From: Alphaproteobacteria bacterium
Lineage (GTDB): Bacteria; Pseudomonadota; Alphaproteobacteria; GM7ARS4; CBDIDI01
NCBI GenBank assembly: GCA_965277685.1
Contig: OZ255830.1
Span: 1,385,367-1,449,366, forward strand
Length of the DNA: 64,000 nucleotides
Reading direction: 5' to 3'
Under the pieces are notes generated by a model. It was not told where the DNA came from and did no database searches. It was given only the letters and a program-made list of their open reading frames with translations. Made by a program: the position numbers and the translations under genes. The number at the start of each line of letters is the position of its first letter. Within the stretch, counting starts at the first letter, position 1. Below, in pieces: positions 30,646-41,096 of this stretch.

Positions 30646-33600
30646 TTAAAAGGGCGTGCGCTTGAGGGTATCGGGTGGATCGGATGGATCGGCAGCATCC
30701 GTGTCGGGGGCGCTGAAAAGATCAAAGATACGACGAAATATGCCCGGTGTCAGGGCCGAGAGCGGATTAAGGGCGACCTTGGGGTCTTCCGACGTTCCGC
30801 TCAGGCTGTAGCTTGCCGCCAGGGCATTTCTTTTCTGATTATCGGTGAGGATCGTTCCCAAAATCGGAATGTTGCTGAGGATAGAGTTAAGCGTATAGGC
30901 GGGAATGACTTCCCCGCGCATCGAGATCATGTCGTCTTTGGTGTCCAGGGTGCCTGAAAAAGTGATCCCAAGGGAAGAATTGGACATGCTTGCATCGGTG
31001 AGTGTCAACGTATTGCCATCGAGGTCGAAGGGGATGCGCAGACGATCAAAGGGCATGCTTTCATCCTGGGTCAGACGATTAAATATACCGGTGAGAGACG
31101 GCAATGAAAGAAGCTGTAGAAAAAGGGGTGATTCGTGCACGGCGTAATCGCGCATTTTCATCACTCCCGTGATCTTATCTTGGGCGATGATTCCTTGGAG
31201 ATTCAGATCCCCACCACGGATTTGGTGGTAGAGATCGAGGCGCTCCATCAGGGCGCCGCCATCGTTACTCGTTAAATCGAGGCGCATCGAGGTATCGCTT
31301 TTATGGGTGGCACGCACGCGAACGGAGTGCTTGTCGTCGATGGCCGCTTTGGCTTCGATATGGCGCAATATGCCCCGCTGACTGTGGATTCGACCGATGG
31401 CATCACGCAATGGTTTGCCGGCCGGTAATTGCAGAGATGCGATATGAAAAGAAAGGGTGAAATCGACCGGGTTATCCGATGTGGGCGTGGGTTCGTCCGG
31501 CGTATCGGTCAAGGAAAAATAGGGCGATAAATCAATGGCGGCGGCATCCAGCGTCGCGTCGATACGATCGGCACTGCGCCAGTCAAGGCGCAATTGACCG
31601 CGATTGGTTGCTTTTTCGCCATCCAGGACAAAATCTTCAATCGTGAGCATTCGGGGTCTGCCATCGGCTTCCAGAGTGCCTTTTCCTCGGGCCTTTAACG
31701 TCGCGCCGGTAAAGACGGCGCGCGTCACGGTTGCCGTATCGCCTTCATCGTCGGTGGTGATATCCGCGCTAAGGGATGCGGCATCGCCTTCCGGTTTTTC
31801 CCAGTCGATCATCGGCAAAGCCATTCGGGCATGTTCCAGATCAAAGATGGCCGCCGTCCGGTCGGTGCCGTTGATGAAGCTTTCTATCGTCAGGTCAACC
31901 CCTATCCGGCCATCCAGATAAGAGGACAATCCAACCGTGTCGATATGCCGCGAATCAAGGGTCATATGCGCTTGATAGCGTCGTTCCAATCCGTTCTCAT
32001 CGTCGAGAAAATCATAATAGGCCGTGACCTTTGCCGGAATCGTGCCGATTCGTGCGTGTCCGCTAAGGTGCATGCCTTTTCGGTCTAGGGATATATCCAT
32101 CATCGCGTCATTCAGATCATTTCCGTTGACGAAATCGCGAATGTCTAGGTTTTCCAAACGGCCTTGGGCGCTTAGGGCAACGTCATCGATGACCAAATCT
32201 TTGCGCAGCGGAAACTGAAAGCGGGCTTGTCCATCGACCCGGCCGATGGTGATCGGTTGATCAATTTCCATGCGTTCCCGGGCGCGCAGCGGTGGATGAT
32301 CGAGAATATCGATCAAATCCTTTAGCGGCCCGGCGATGGGCAGGATGATATCGGCAAGTTCGATATCGGTATCCAAATCATACAGATATACCCACCCGTC
32401 ATGAACGGGTAGATCGCCGACCGTGGCCGAGAGAACCGATATATCAAAGCGTTGCGTGTTAAAAACGGCCGTGGCTTCGATATTGCGGGCGGGGGGCATG
32501 CCATCGACATAATCGACGCTGACGGCACTGAAATCGATATTGCCTTCCAGACGATGGATGGCAAAGACAAGGGAATCGGTATTGGGCATATGGATAGCAA
32601 AATCAATATGGGCACGCGATGCCTTGCCGTCATTCATATTGACGGTGAACCAGTTGCGCGTCGGTTGGGCCATATGTTTGGGCCAAAGACGCTTGATCAT
32701 GGCAATGGGGATATCCTGTACGGTCGCATCGCCTTGCAAAATATAGGATTCACCTTCCATCTTTCCGTGTGCGGTCAGGTCAAAAATGGTGTCTTGGGCC
32801 GTTGCCGTGAAAAATATATCGTCGGTGGATGCCGATGGGCGGTTTAGCATCAACCGCATGGTGGCATTCCGGATCGATTGTCTTTGGGCCGTTTTCTTGC
32901 CGTTCTTCGGTGTTTCGGCATCGTTGCCTTGGATGTCGATTTCTCCTTGTCCGGCGATGATATCGACGGCAATCGAATGCATATGGCCATCGGCGTTGAT
33001 TTTGCTTTGCAGAGTGCCGTCGATCGGCAGATCAAGGCCGGAGAGCCAGGCAAGACGGGGTTTGCTGCATGATGCAAAATGGGCCGGTGTGATGGTGGAA
33101 AAATCGATATCAAGGGTCGCGTCATCGCCGTTATCCGCATGTTGGTAAGACATGCGCCATTGATTGACGATTGGCGCGTCGTTGATATTTTGATCCGGAT
33201 CGATGCCCGAATGAATTCCCGGATCGATGCCCGAATCGATAAGGGCGCAGGATGGACGCAGAAAGTTCATATCGGCGTTCGCGCGCAGGGTGTTTTTTTG
33301 GCGCAGAAAAGACAGCTCGACAAGGGACCATTGCCACCGTTGGCCATAGGCATCCAAAGAAAGGATCGAGTCGCGAATGCCGACCTCTAGGGTGCTACTT
33401 GGAATCGATTTGCGCCATTTCTCGTAGCGCGCGGCCAAAAGAGGCAAATCTTTTGAGAGGCGTTTGATGAATGAAATAGCGTTTGCTTCATGATTTTTAT
33501 CGGGGCTTTTATCGGGAAGGGTAAAATGCAATGACAATCCCTGAAAGAAAAGAGCGGAAGGGATAATCGAAGCGCGCAAAAAGGATGTCCAGCTTATGAT

Positions 33601-33927
33601 GAAGGACGCAACAGGCGCTTCGAGAACGATCGAATGTTGCGCGTCCTTGATCCGCAGGTTGGAAAGACGAATGGCCGGGGAGGTGTCTTTTGCGCTCCAG
33701 GTTAGAAAAGCCCGGTCGTAATCCACGTCATAGCCAATTTGGGTTTGGGATAAGCGATCTTGAAAATATCCCTTGGCAAAATCCAGGGGGAGGGGGGAAA
33801 AGGCGACAAATGTCCAGAAAAAAACGATCGCAATCGTCACGCCGATACACGTGGTGGTCATGATTTTGGCCACCTTTTTATCCATATAGCGCAGGGCCGG
33901 ATAAATGTATTTCGAAAGAATCGACAT
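30646..33927 (-). CDS. YhdP/AsmA-family large envelope protein (DUF3971 plus AsmA-like C-terminus)
   Basis: ~1090 aa. N-terminal TM anchor KIMTTTCIGVTIAIVFFW. Long beta-rich body. AsmA_2-like C-terminus (...ILTDNQKRNALAASYSLSGTSEDPKVALNPLSALTPGIFRRIFD). Start chosen at MSILSKYIYP (33927) rather than the ORF-track 34179. Confidence 0.6.
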   Translation of the reverse strand: MSILSKYIYPALRYMDKKVAKIMTTTCIGVTIAIVFFWTFVAFSPLPLDFAKGYFQDRLSQTQIGYDVDYDRAFLTWSAKDTSPAIRLSNLRIKDAQHSIVLEAPVASFIISWTSFLRASIIPSALFFQGLSLHFTLPDKSPDKNHEANAISFIKRLSKDLPLLAARYEKWRKSIPSSTLEVGIRDSILSLDAYGQRWQWSLVELSFLRQKNTLRANADMNFLRPSCALIDSGIDPGIHSGIDPDQNINDAPIVNQWRMSYQHADNGDDATLDIDFSTITPAHFASCSKPRLAWLSGLDLPIDGTLQSKINADGHMHSIAVDIIAGQGEIDIQGNDAETPKNGKKTAQRQSIRNATMRLMLNRPSASTDDIFFTATAQDTIFDLTAHGKMEGESYILQGDATVQDIPIAMIKRLWPKHMAQPTRNWFTVNMNDGKASRAHIDFAIHMPNTDSLVFAIHRLEGNIDFSAVSVDYVDGMPPARNIEATAVFNTQRFDISVLSATVGDLPVHDGWVYLYDLDTDIELADIILPIAGPLKDLIDILDHPPLRARERMEIDQPITIGRVDGQARFQFPLRKDLVIDDVALSAQGRLENLDIRDFVNGNDLNDAMMDISLDRKGMHLSGHARIGTIPAKVTAYYDFLDDENGLERRYQAHMTLDSRHIDTVGLSSYLDGRIGVDLTIESFINGTDRTAAIFDLEHARMALPMIDWEKPEGDAASLSADITTDDEGDTATVTRAVFTGATLKARGKGTLEADGRPRMLTIEDFVLDGEKATNRGQLRLDWRSADRIDATLDAAAIDLSPYFSLTDTPDEPTPTSDNPVDFTLSFHIASLQLPAGKPLRDAIGRIHSQRGILRHIEAKAAIDDKHSVRVRATHKSDTSMRLDLTSNDGGALMERLDLYHQIRGGDLNLQGIIAQDKITGVMKMRDYAVHESPLFLQLLSLPSLTGIFNRLTQDESMPFDRLRIPFDLDGNTLTLTDASMSNSSLGITFSGTLDTKDDMISMRGEVIPAYTLNSILSNIPILGTILTDNQKRNALAASYSLSGTSEDPKVALNPLSALTPGIFRRIFDLFSAPDTDAADPSDPPDTLKRTPF

Positions 33928-33991
33928 GGATAATATTTCGAGAAACAATGCTTCTGATGTAAACGCTGCGGCTATGATAGAGTAAAAGCAT

Positions 33992-36900
33992 ATGGGTGCA
34001 AATAATTCCCCCCTTGGCGCATCGGATGGAAAGCGCGCTCCCCTATTCGATGTCGAGCAACTGCGCGAAGGCGTGATCGATTCTGCCCGGGTGCCGCGGC
34101 CGATGCATATGCCGCGGGCAAAGCAGTCCCTGGCTTTGCTGCCCCCCGCATCGGCCGATTTGGCCACGGATCCGGCCATCCGCCCGACGATGCTTTGTGT
34201 CTTTGATCACTCCCCTTATCTGCGTTCTTTGATATGCCGCCATCCGGAAACGGTCAGGCAATTATTCACGGATGGCCCGAAATCCGTCCTACGTCAGATC
34301 ATGGGCGCGGTATCGGCCTTGCCGCCCGATACGCCAAAGCGGTCGGCGATGGCGGCACTGCGCCAATCCAAGCAACGGGCGGCGATAGCGATTGCCCTTG
34401 CCGATATATCGAAGATATGGGCATTGGATGACGTGACGTTGGCGTTAAGTCTATTCGCCGAGGCGGTTCTTGATAAAGCGGTGTCGATTTTATGCCGCGA
34501 TATCGCGGATAGTGATGAACAGGCAACGTTTTTGCGGGATTGTTACGTCCTTCTTGCGGTGGGAAAATTGGGTGGGGGTGAGCTTAACTATTCCAGCGAC
34601 GTCGATGTGATCGCCCTTTTTGATATTCCGCCCGATGACGCGCCCAATGATGCGCCCAATGACACGCACGGTGCGGGCAAGAAACGGCATTACCCGGATA
34701 TCAAGGGACAAGCCCCGATGCTGTTTTCCCGTTTGACTCGTGATCTCGTCCGGCTGATCGAGCAACGCACCGATGATGGTTACGTTTTGCGGGTTGATTT
34801 GCGGCTGCGTCCCGACCCGCTCTCCAGCAACCTTTGCGTGTCCCTGGACGGGGCGTTATCCTATTACGAGAGTGTCGGACAAAACTGGGAGCGCGCGGCG
34901 ATGATCAAAGCGCGTCCGATTGCCGGGAATAGAGAACTTGGCCGGCGTTTTATCGATCATTTGCAACCCTTTATCTGGCGGCGCAATCTTGATTTTGCCG
35001 CCATCCGCGATATTCAGTCAATCAAGCGTCAGATCGATGCGTCCCGCCCCGTTACCGGCAGGGGTACCGGTATGGGTATTGGCGGGGGTACCGGTATGGG
35101 TACTGGTAGGGGTACTGGCGGGGGTATGGGTGGTTCCGTTTCCGGACGGGAAGGCCCCGTTCCGGCGACGATGGATAAAAATGGCGATGCAGCACCATCT
35201 CCATTATCCGGATGGGATGTGAAATTGGGGCAGGGCGGCATTCGTGAAATTGAGTTCTTCGTCCAAACGCAACAACTGATCTATGGCGGGCATTATCCGG
35301 ATTTGCGCGTCTCTTCGACATGTGAGGGTTTGCGGCAATTGGTCAAGTTGGAAAGAATTGACCGCACGGCATATAACCGAATGCTCGAGGCCTATCACTT
35401 CTTTCGCCATCTTGAGCATCGCTTGCAGATGATTAACGATTGCCAAACCCATCGTTTGCCGACGACATTACCGCAAATCGAAAACCTGGCCCGTTTCCTC
35501 GGGTTTGGCAGTCGGGCCGCTTTCGAGCGTCGTTGCCATCGCCATCGCGATCGGGTGCAGACCATATACCGCGCTCTTTTTCGCCGGTCGGAACCCTTGG
35601 GCGCATCCGGCAGTCTTGTCTTTACCGGGGTTGACGATCATCCGGAAACCGTCGCCACCCTTGCGAAAATGGGTTTTTCCGATCCGGCCCATATCGGCGC
35701 GACCATCCGTCGCTGGCACCATGGGTGCTATCCGTCCACCCGTTCCGAGCACTCGCGCCAGTTGTTGACCGAACTTATTCCCGGCCTGCTTGAGGCCTTT
35801 TCCGATAGTGCCGATCCCCATACGGCGTTTACCGGATTTGATCGTTTTTTATCCTTATTGCCGGCCGGCGTGGCCCTGTTTAGTCTTTTCAGCGCCCGTC
35901 CGGTTTTGATCCGATTTCTTGCCTCGATCATGGGTAATGCGCCCCGTCTGGCCGAACGTCTGGCCCGCCGCCCGTTGCTTTTCGATCAGGTGATCCTGCC
36001 CGGGTTTTCGGATCCTTTGCCGACGTTCCAGGCAATGGCCGCCGATTTGGATCGGCGTTTGGCGGATTCGGAGGATTTTCCGCATCGTCTGGATGTGGCC
36101 CGTATTTGGGGTAAGGATCATAAATTCCGCTTGAACGTCCATCTTCTGTTTGACCGAATAGACGCAATCGAGGCAATGCCGGTCTATAGCGACCTTGCCG
36201 ATGTCCTGCTGCAAGGTCTTTTCCCCTGGTTGGAAAAAGAATTCATCCGTCAATATGGCGTTATCGAAGGCCATTCCCTCGCCATCGTCGGGATGGGTAA
36301 ATATGGCGGGCGCGAAATGCGGGCGGCATCGGATTTGGATATATTGATGATCTATGGCCCGGATGAAACAAAGCATAAGGGCAACGCCAGCGACTTGCCC
36401 GATTCGTTGTATTTCGTCCGTCTATCCCAGCGTTTTATCAATGCCGTTTCAGCCCATACGGCCGAAGGTGAACTATATACGGTCGATGGGCGATTGCGCC
36501 CTCTTGGTCGCGGGTCGGCCATTGCCTGCGGATTGGATGCTTTTTGCCGTTACCATCGCGAATCGGCTTGGGGTGTCGAACATATGGCATTGACCCGGTT
36601 TCGAATTGTTATCGCGCCGCCTGCGCTGCGCCGATCGTTAACGCATCATATCCGCCAGATTTTATGTCTGCCGCGGGATCGGGAAAAATTAGCCGTGGGG
36701 GCGCTTGATACACGAACGAAAATGGTGGCGGAACACGGCGGGCCAAGTCCCGATGATCGAGACGGTAAGAGTTTGCTGAAGGTCAAGCATATGCGCGGTG
36801 GAATCACCGATATCGAGTTCATTGTCCAATATTGGCAATTGATTCATGCGCACCGCCATCCCCGGGTTCTTTCCTGCAATACGCTGGATGCGATACGGCG

Positions 36901-37156
36901 TTTGGCCGGTGCCGGCTGTATCGACCGGGACGATGCCGAGGCATTATCCGAGGCATTAACCCTTTGGCACCGTTTGGAAGCGTTAATTCGCCTTTGTCTA
37001 CGGTCGGATTTTGCCCCGGCGGATGCGCCGCCGGGATTGAAGAATCTGATTTCTACGGCGGCCAGGGTCAAGGATAGTGCCGATTTAACCGATACCATTC
37101 GGCAACGCGCGGCGGCGGTGCGGGAAATTTTCATCCAAGTTTTCGGTCGGCTTTAG
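33992..37156 (+). CDS. glnE: bifunctional glutamine synthetase adenylyltransferase / adenylyl-removing enzyme
   Basis: 1054 aa. Two nucleotidyltransferase domains (GKLGGGELNYSSDVDVIALF and GMGKYGGREMRAASDLDILMIY), each followed by a GlnE-type helical domain. Internal Gly-rich tandem repeat insertion TGMGIGGGTGMGTGRGTGGGMGG. Confidence 0.9.
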   Translation: MGANNSPLGASDGKRAPLFDVEQLREGVIDSARVPRPMHMPRAKQSLALLPPASADLATDPAIRPTMLCVFDHSPYLRSLICRHPETVRQLFTDGPKSVLRQIMGAVSALPPDTPKRSAMAALRQSKQRAAIAIALADISKIWALDDVTLALSLFAEAVLDKAVSILCRDIADSDEQATFLRDCYVLLAVGKLGGGELNYSSDVDVIALFDIPPDDAPNDAPNDTHGAGKKRHYPDIKGQAPMLFSRLTRDLVRLIEQRTDDGYVLRVDLRLRPDPLSSNLCVSLDGALSYYESVGQNWERAAMIKARPIAGNRELGRRFIDHLQPFIWRRNLDFAAIRDIQSIKRQIDASRPVTGRGTGMGIGGGTGMGTGRGTGGGMGGSVSGREGPVPATMDKNGDAAPSPLSGWDVKLGQGGIREIEFFVQTQQLIYGGHYPDLRVSSTCEGLRQLVKLERIDRTAYNRMLEAYHFFRHLEHRLQMINDCQTHRLPTTLPQIENLARFLGFGSRAAFERRCHRHRDRVQTIYRALFRRSEPLGASGSLVFTGVDDHPETVATLAKMGFSDPAHIGATIRRWHHGCYPSTRSEHSRQLLTELIPGLLEAFSDSADPHTAFTGFDRFLSLLPAGVALFSLFSARPVLIRFLASIMGNAPRLAERLARRPLLFDQVILPGFSDPLPTFQAMAADLDRRLADSEDFPHRLDVARIWGKDHKFRLNVHLLFDRIDAIEAMPVYSDLADVLLQGLFPWLEKEFIRQYGVIEGHSLAIVGMGKYGGREMRAASDLDILMIYGPDETKHKGNASDLPDSLYFVRLSQRFINAVSAHTAEGELYTVDGRLRPLGRGSAIACGLDAFCRYHRESAWGVEHMALTRFRIVIAPPALRRSLTHHIRQILCLPRDREKLAVGALDTRTKMVAEHGGPSPDDRDGKSLLKVKHMRGGITDIEFIVQYWQLIHAHRHPRVLSCNTLDAIRRLAGAGCIDRDDAEALSEALTLWHRLEALIRLCLRSDFAPADAPPGLKNLISTAARVKDSADLTDTIRQRAAAVREIFIQVFGRL

Positions 37157-37200
37157 ACGGTTTTCGGTCGGCTTTAGACGATGGTGCTGTCGTTTCGGAT
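37157..37200. repeat. 21-bp tandem duplication of the glnE 3' end including its TAG stop (gttttcggtcggctttagacg x2)
   Basis: Direct reading: ...caagttttcggtcggctttagacggttttcggtcggctttagacgatgg. Confidence 0.85.
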
Positions 37201-37271
37201 ATTCTCGGGCTAGAATGGGCGGTCGAATATAATGACATCCGGGCATAATAACATGTGGAAAGGGATGGATT

Positions 37272-37736
37272 ATGGAATGCGTTATCGGTCGAAAAGCACC
37301 GTCTTTCACGTGCGTTGATGACCGGGAACAAATCGTGCGTTCGGACGATTTGCTTGGTCATCCGTGGGTTTTGTATTTTTATCCAAAGGACAACACAAGT
37401 GGCTGTACGCGCCAAGCCTGTGACTTTCGCCGACGTATAGATGATTTCACGCGCCAAGCCGTGCGCGTTATTGGGGTATCAAAGGACAGCATCGCCAGCC
37501 ACCGGCGTTTCCGTGAACGCTACCAGCTTCCCTTCACGTTGTTGAGTGATGCGGACACGCGGGTGTGCCAATCTTACGGGGTATGGGTGGAAAAATCGAT
37601 GTATGGGCGCCGCTATATGGGGATCGAGCGTTCGACCTTTCTTGTCGATGGCAAGGGGATATTGATCAACGCCTGGCGCAAGGTCAAAGTGCCGGGCCAT
37701 GTGGATGCGGTGGTCGGGTGTCTGGCCGATCTTTGA
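37272..37736 (+). CDS. bcp: thiol peroxidase Bcp (peroxiredoxin, bacterioferritin comigratory protein)
   Basis: AhpC/TSA fold with a peroxidatic Cys in YFYPKDNTSGCTRQACDFRRR. 154 aa. Confidence 0.85.
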   Translation: MECVIGRKAPSFTCVDDREQIVRSDDLLGHPWVLYFYPKDNTSGCTRQACDFRRRIDDFTRQAVRVIGVSKDSIASHRRFRERYQLPFTLLSDADTRVCQSYGVWVEKSMYGRRYMGIERSTFLVDGKGILINAWRKVKVPGHVDAVVGCLADL

Positions 37737-37765
37737 TGGCTCAAGGTATGCCCGGCGGACGAAAT

Positions 37766-37955
37766 CCGCGCAGGCCCCCATCCATTATCGTGACGCGGTT
37801 GCCAACCCGAATTAAGGCGCAGGCCCACCGATTATCGTGACGTGGTGGCCGACCGCATTAAGGCGCAGGCCGATCCATTATCGTGACGTGGTTGCCGACC
37901 GGATTAAGGCGCAGGCCCACCGATTATCGCGACGTGGTGGCCGACCGGATTAATC
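37766..37955. repeat. ~4 tandem copies of a ~46-bp unit (ggcgcaggcccaccgattatcgtgacgtggtggccgaccggattaa); the last copy is the apt 3' end plus stop codon
   Basis: Units end in ccggattaa. The apt terminus on the opposite strand is ...ccggattaa tcggcgac, with TTA = TAA stop at 37950-37952. Confidence 0.85.
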
Positions 37956-38465
37956 GGCGACTTTCAATAATGATTCCAAGGGTATATCAAGATTGGCGCG
38001 GGCACCAAGGGCGGTCAGTTCAATGATAGAGGCCGCCGCAACGGGCATCGTTTTTGCTTTGATCAGCACGCAAATCGCGGCCTGCATCGTCCCGCCGGTC
38101 GCAATCAGATCGTCGACGACAACAAGTCGCCCCCCGGTCGGGGCAATGCCGGTTTGCACCTCGATCGTGTCTTGTCCGTATTCCAGATCATAGTGATGGC
38201 GGATAAGATCGCCCGGAAGTTTGCCCTTTTTCCGTATCATTAAGATTCCGCATCCAAGCCGTTCCGCCAAGGGGGCGGCGACAAGGAAACCCCGCGCCTC
38301 AATGGCGGCCAACATATCGGGACGATAGGGGGCAATGCACTCTTCCATCCGGTCGAGGGTCTTTTTCCAAGCGGCCCCGTTGGCGATAAGGGTCGCGATA
38401 TCGTAGAACAGTATGCCTTTCTTGGGAAAGTCGCGAATCTGGCGCAGGTGTTTCTTAATATCCAT
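37950..38465 (-). CDS. apt: adenine phosphoribosyltransferase
   Basis: MDIKKHLRQIRDFPKKGILFYDI. PRPP-binding motif VVVDDLIATGGT. ~171 aa. Confidence 0.9.
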   Translation of the reverse strand: MDIKKHLRQIRDFPKKGILFYDIATLIANGAAWKKTLDRMEECIAPYRPDMLAAIEARGFLVAAPLAERLGCGILMIRKKGKLPGDLIRHHYDLEYGQDTIEVQTGIAPTGGRLVVVDDLIATGGTMQAAICVLIKAKTMPVAAASIIELTALGARANLDIPLESLLKVAD

Positions 38466-38545
38466 TGATCGAAATATCCACATATCTTGCCATCGGCAAG
38501 AACAATTATCGCATGCCCCATCATATCAATCGAGTGGAATGACGT

Positions 38546-38620
38546 CCATCACCAAGGTTCGTGATTTGCCCGCATGACCTCTTTCATCACCAAGGTTCGT
38601 GATTTGCCCGCATGACGTCT
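38546..38620. repeat. 37-bp tandem duplication (catcaccaaggttcgtgatttgcccgcatgac[c/g]tctt x2) between apt and clpA
   Basis: Direct reading. Confidence 0.85.
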
Positions 38621-38691
38621 TCCCTTCGGATATTTTTTTCCGGACATGGGGTCGATGGTGGGCAAAAGAAGGGCCCGTATCGATCCAATGC

Positions 38692-41091
38692 TCATCCGAC
38701 CGGAATGGGCTGGCGTTTGGGGGTCTTTTTGGTTTTGGCTTTTTTATCGTATGGGGGTTTATCCGTCGGATTGGTCGGGGATTCGGGCGTGGGATTGGGG
38801 AAAGTCCCTTTGGACGCGCGCTTCGAAGGGGGCCGGGCGGGGTCTTTTTTGGCAGAGATGGTGAATGCCGGTTTATTCCGTTTCAGGGATACCCGGACGT
38901 TGCCGCCACTGGACAACCGCCCGAAAAGAATATCATCGGCAAGCGATTTTTTAACCTCTTCTTGAATCAGGCGTTGCAAGGGACGCGCCCCATTGCTTGG
39001 GTCATGTCCTTTTTCGGCCAGCCACGCGCAGGCTTCGTCACTGAAGGTGATGCCGATTCCTTTGCTTTGCAGCTGGGTCGACAAGGCGGCCAATTGTTTG
39101 TCGAGAATGCGGCGAACGGTCGCCGGAGTGAGGGGGGAAAAATGGATGATGGAATCAAGGCGATTGCGAAATTCGGGGGAGAAAAGGCGTTCGATATCTT
39201 CGCTTTCCTCACCGCTGCGGTCATTTCGGCCAAAACCGAGGGCGGCTTTGGCGATGCGATGGGCACCGGCATTGGTCGTCATGATGATAATGGCATTTCG
39301 GCAATTCACCTTCTTGCCGTTATGATCGGTCAGAAAGCCGTAGTCCATCATCTGCAGTAAAATATTGAAAATATCACGATGGGCTTTTTCGACCTCGTCC
39401 AGAAGAAGAACGCAGTGGGGATGTTGTTCAAGGGCGTCGGTCAAAAGCCCGCCTTGCTCGAACCCGACATAACCGGGCGGCGCGCCGATCAAGCGCGACA
39501 ATGAATGGCTTTCCATATACTCGGACATGTCAAAGCGGTTCAGGGTAATATCGAGGTGCCGGGCAAGTTGGCGTGATGCTTCGGTCTTTCCGACCCCGGT
39601 CGGCCCGGCGAAAAGATAACAACCGATCGGCTTTTCCGGATCGCGCAGATCAATGCGGGATAATTTCACGGCATTGACAAGGGTGTGCAGGGCCTCGTCC
39701 TGACCGAAAATGGTCTGTTTCATTTGTGCTTCAAGGTCGCGCAGTATATCGGCATCGTCGGTTCCCATGCGCCGGGGCGGGACTTGGGCGATGGTGGAAA
39801 TCAGCTTTTCGATATCGCGCACGCCGATTCTTTTTTTGCGCTTATAAACGGGGTTTGACCGTTGCTTTGCCCCGGCTTCATCGATGACATCGATGGCCTT
39901 GTCCGGCAATTTGCGATCATTGATATAGCGCTGTGAAAGGGTGACCGCACTGCGGATGGCGGCATTGCTGTAAAGGACTTTATGGTGTTTTTCATAGGCT
40001 TTTTTCAACCCGTGCAGAATGCGCACGGCATCTTCGGTGTCGGGTTCATGGACATCGATTTTCTGGAAGCGGCGAAGCAGGGCGCGATCTTTCTCCAAGT
40101 GATTGCGATACTCTCGATAGGTGGTTGCGCCAATACAGCGCAGACCGTCGGAAAGGGCGGGTTTGATCAGGTTGGCTCCGTCCATGGCACCGCCACTGGT
40201 GGCACCGGCACCGATCAGGGTATGGATTTCATCGATGAACAAGACCGGGTGATCTTCTTCTTTGAACGCGTCAATGATCGATTTCATGCGTTCTTCAAAA
40301 TCACCGCGATAGCGGGTGCCGGCAAGAAGGGCGCCCATATCCAAGGCGTAAATGCGGGCTTTGACAAGGTGCTCGGGAACCTTGCCGGTGGCAATCCGGG
40401 CGGCAATCCCTTGGGCGATGGCTGTTTTGCCAACTCCCGGATCGCCAATCAACAAGGGGTTGTTTTTGACTCGGCGGGACAGGATATGGATCATTCTTTT
40501 GATTTCCTTATCTCTGCCGATAAGCGGATCGCAATCGCCTTTTTCAAAACGCCGGTTTAAATCAATGCACCATTGCCGGATCGGATCTTTGGCGTTTTTA
40601 CCCGGGTCTTGACGGTGCTCGCTTTTTTGTGACCGGCGCACGGTGACTCTTGCCGAAGACGGCCGTCGGGCAATGCCATGCGAAATGTAATTCACAACGT
40701 CCAGGCGCGATACGTTCTGCCGACGAAGAAAATACAGGGCATGGGATTCCCGCTCGGAAAACATGGCGGCAAGGACATGCGGGCCACCGACATCATCGGA
40801 ATTTTCACTCGAACGCATGTGCGATACCGCGCGTTGCAAAGCACGCTGGAAGGCCAAGGTCGGTTGAATATCGATTTTTTTGGTTAATCGTGGGACTTCA
40901 TCGGTCAAAAATTGACGCAGATCTTTTTCAAGACGATCGATATCCACGTGGCAAGATTCAAGAACTTGGCGCGAATCGGTGTCGTCAATCAGGGCCAGTA
41001 AAAGATGTTCGAGAGTCGCGTATTCATGGCGAAATTCACGGGCAAAACGCACGGCTCGGCGAACGCTTTTTTCAAGATCGGGGGATAACAT
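38692..41091 (-). CDS. clpA: ATP-dependent Clp protease ATP-binding subunit ClpA
   Basis: Clp N-domain start MLSPDLEKSVRRAVRFAREFRHEYATLEHLLLAL. Two AAA+ modules (GDPGVGKTAI and GPTGVGKTE). ~55-aa basic, Pro-rich C-terminal tail beyond the usual ClpA end. Confidence 0.9.
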   Translation of the reverse strand: MLSPDLEKSVRRAVRFAREFRHEYATLEHLLLALIDDTDSRQVLESCHVDIDRLEKDLRQFLTDEVPRLTKKIDIQPTLAFQRALQRAVSHMRSSENSDDVGGPHVLAAMFSERESHALYFLRRQNVSRLDVVNYISHGIARRPSSARVTVRRSQKSEHRQDPGKNAKDPIRQWCIDLNRRFEKGDCDPLIGRDKEIKRMIHILSRRVKNNPLLIGDPGVGKTAIAQGIAARIATGKVPEHLVKARIYALDMGALLAGTRYRGDFEERMKSIIDAFKEEDHPVLFIDEIHTLIGAGATSGGAMDGANLIKPALSDGLRCIGATTYREYRNHLEKDRALLRRFQKIDVHEPDTEDAVRILHGLKKAYEKHHKVLYSNAAIRSAVTLSQRYINDRKLPDKAIDVIDEAGAKQRSNPVYKRKKRIGVRDIEKLISTIAQVPPRRMGTDDADILRDLEAQMKQTIFGQDEALHTLVNAVKLSRIDLRDPEKPIGCYLFAGPTGVGKTEASRQLARHLDITLNRFDMSEYMESHSLSRLIGAPPGYVGFEQGGLLTDALEQHPHCVLLLDEVEKAHRDIFNILLQMMDYGFLTDHNGKKVNCRNAIIIMTTNAGAHRIAKAALGFGRNDRSGEESEDIERLFSPEFRNRLDSIIHFSPLTPATVRRILDKQLAALSTQLQSKGIGITFSDEACAWLAEKGHDPSNGARPLQRLIQEEVKKSLADDILFGRLSSGGNVRVSLKRNKPAFTISAKKDPARPPSKRASKGTFPNPTPESPTNPTDKPPYDKKAKTKKTPKRQPIPVG

Positions 41092-41096
41092 CCGTA

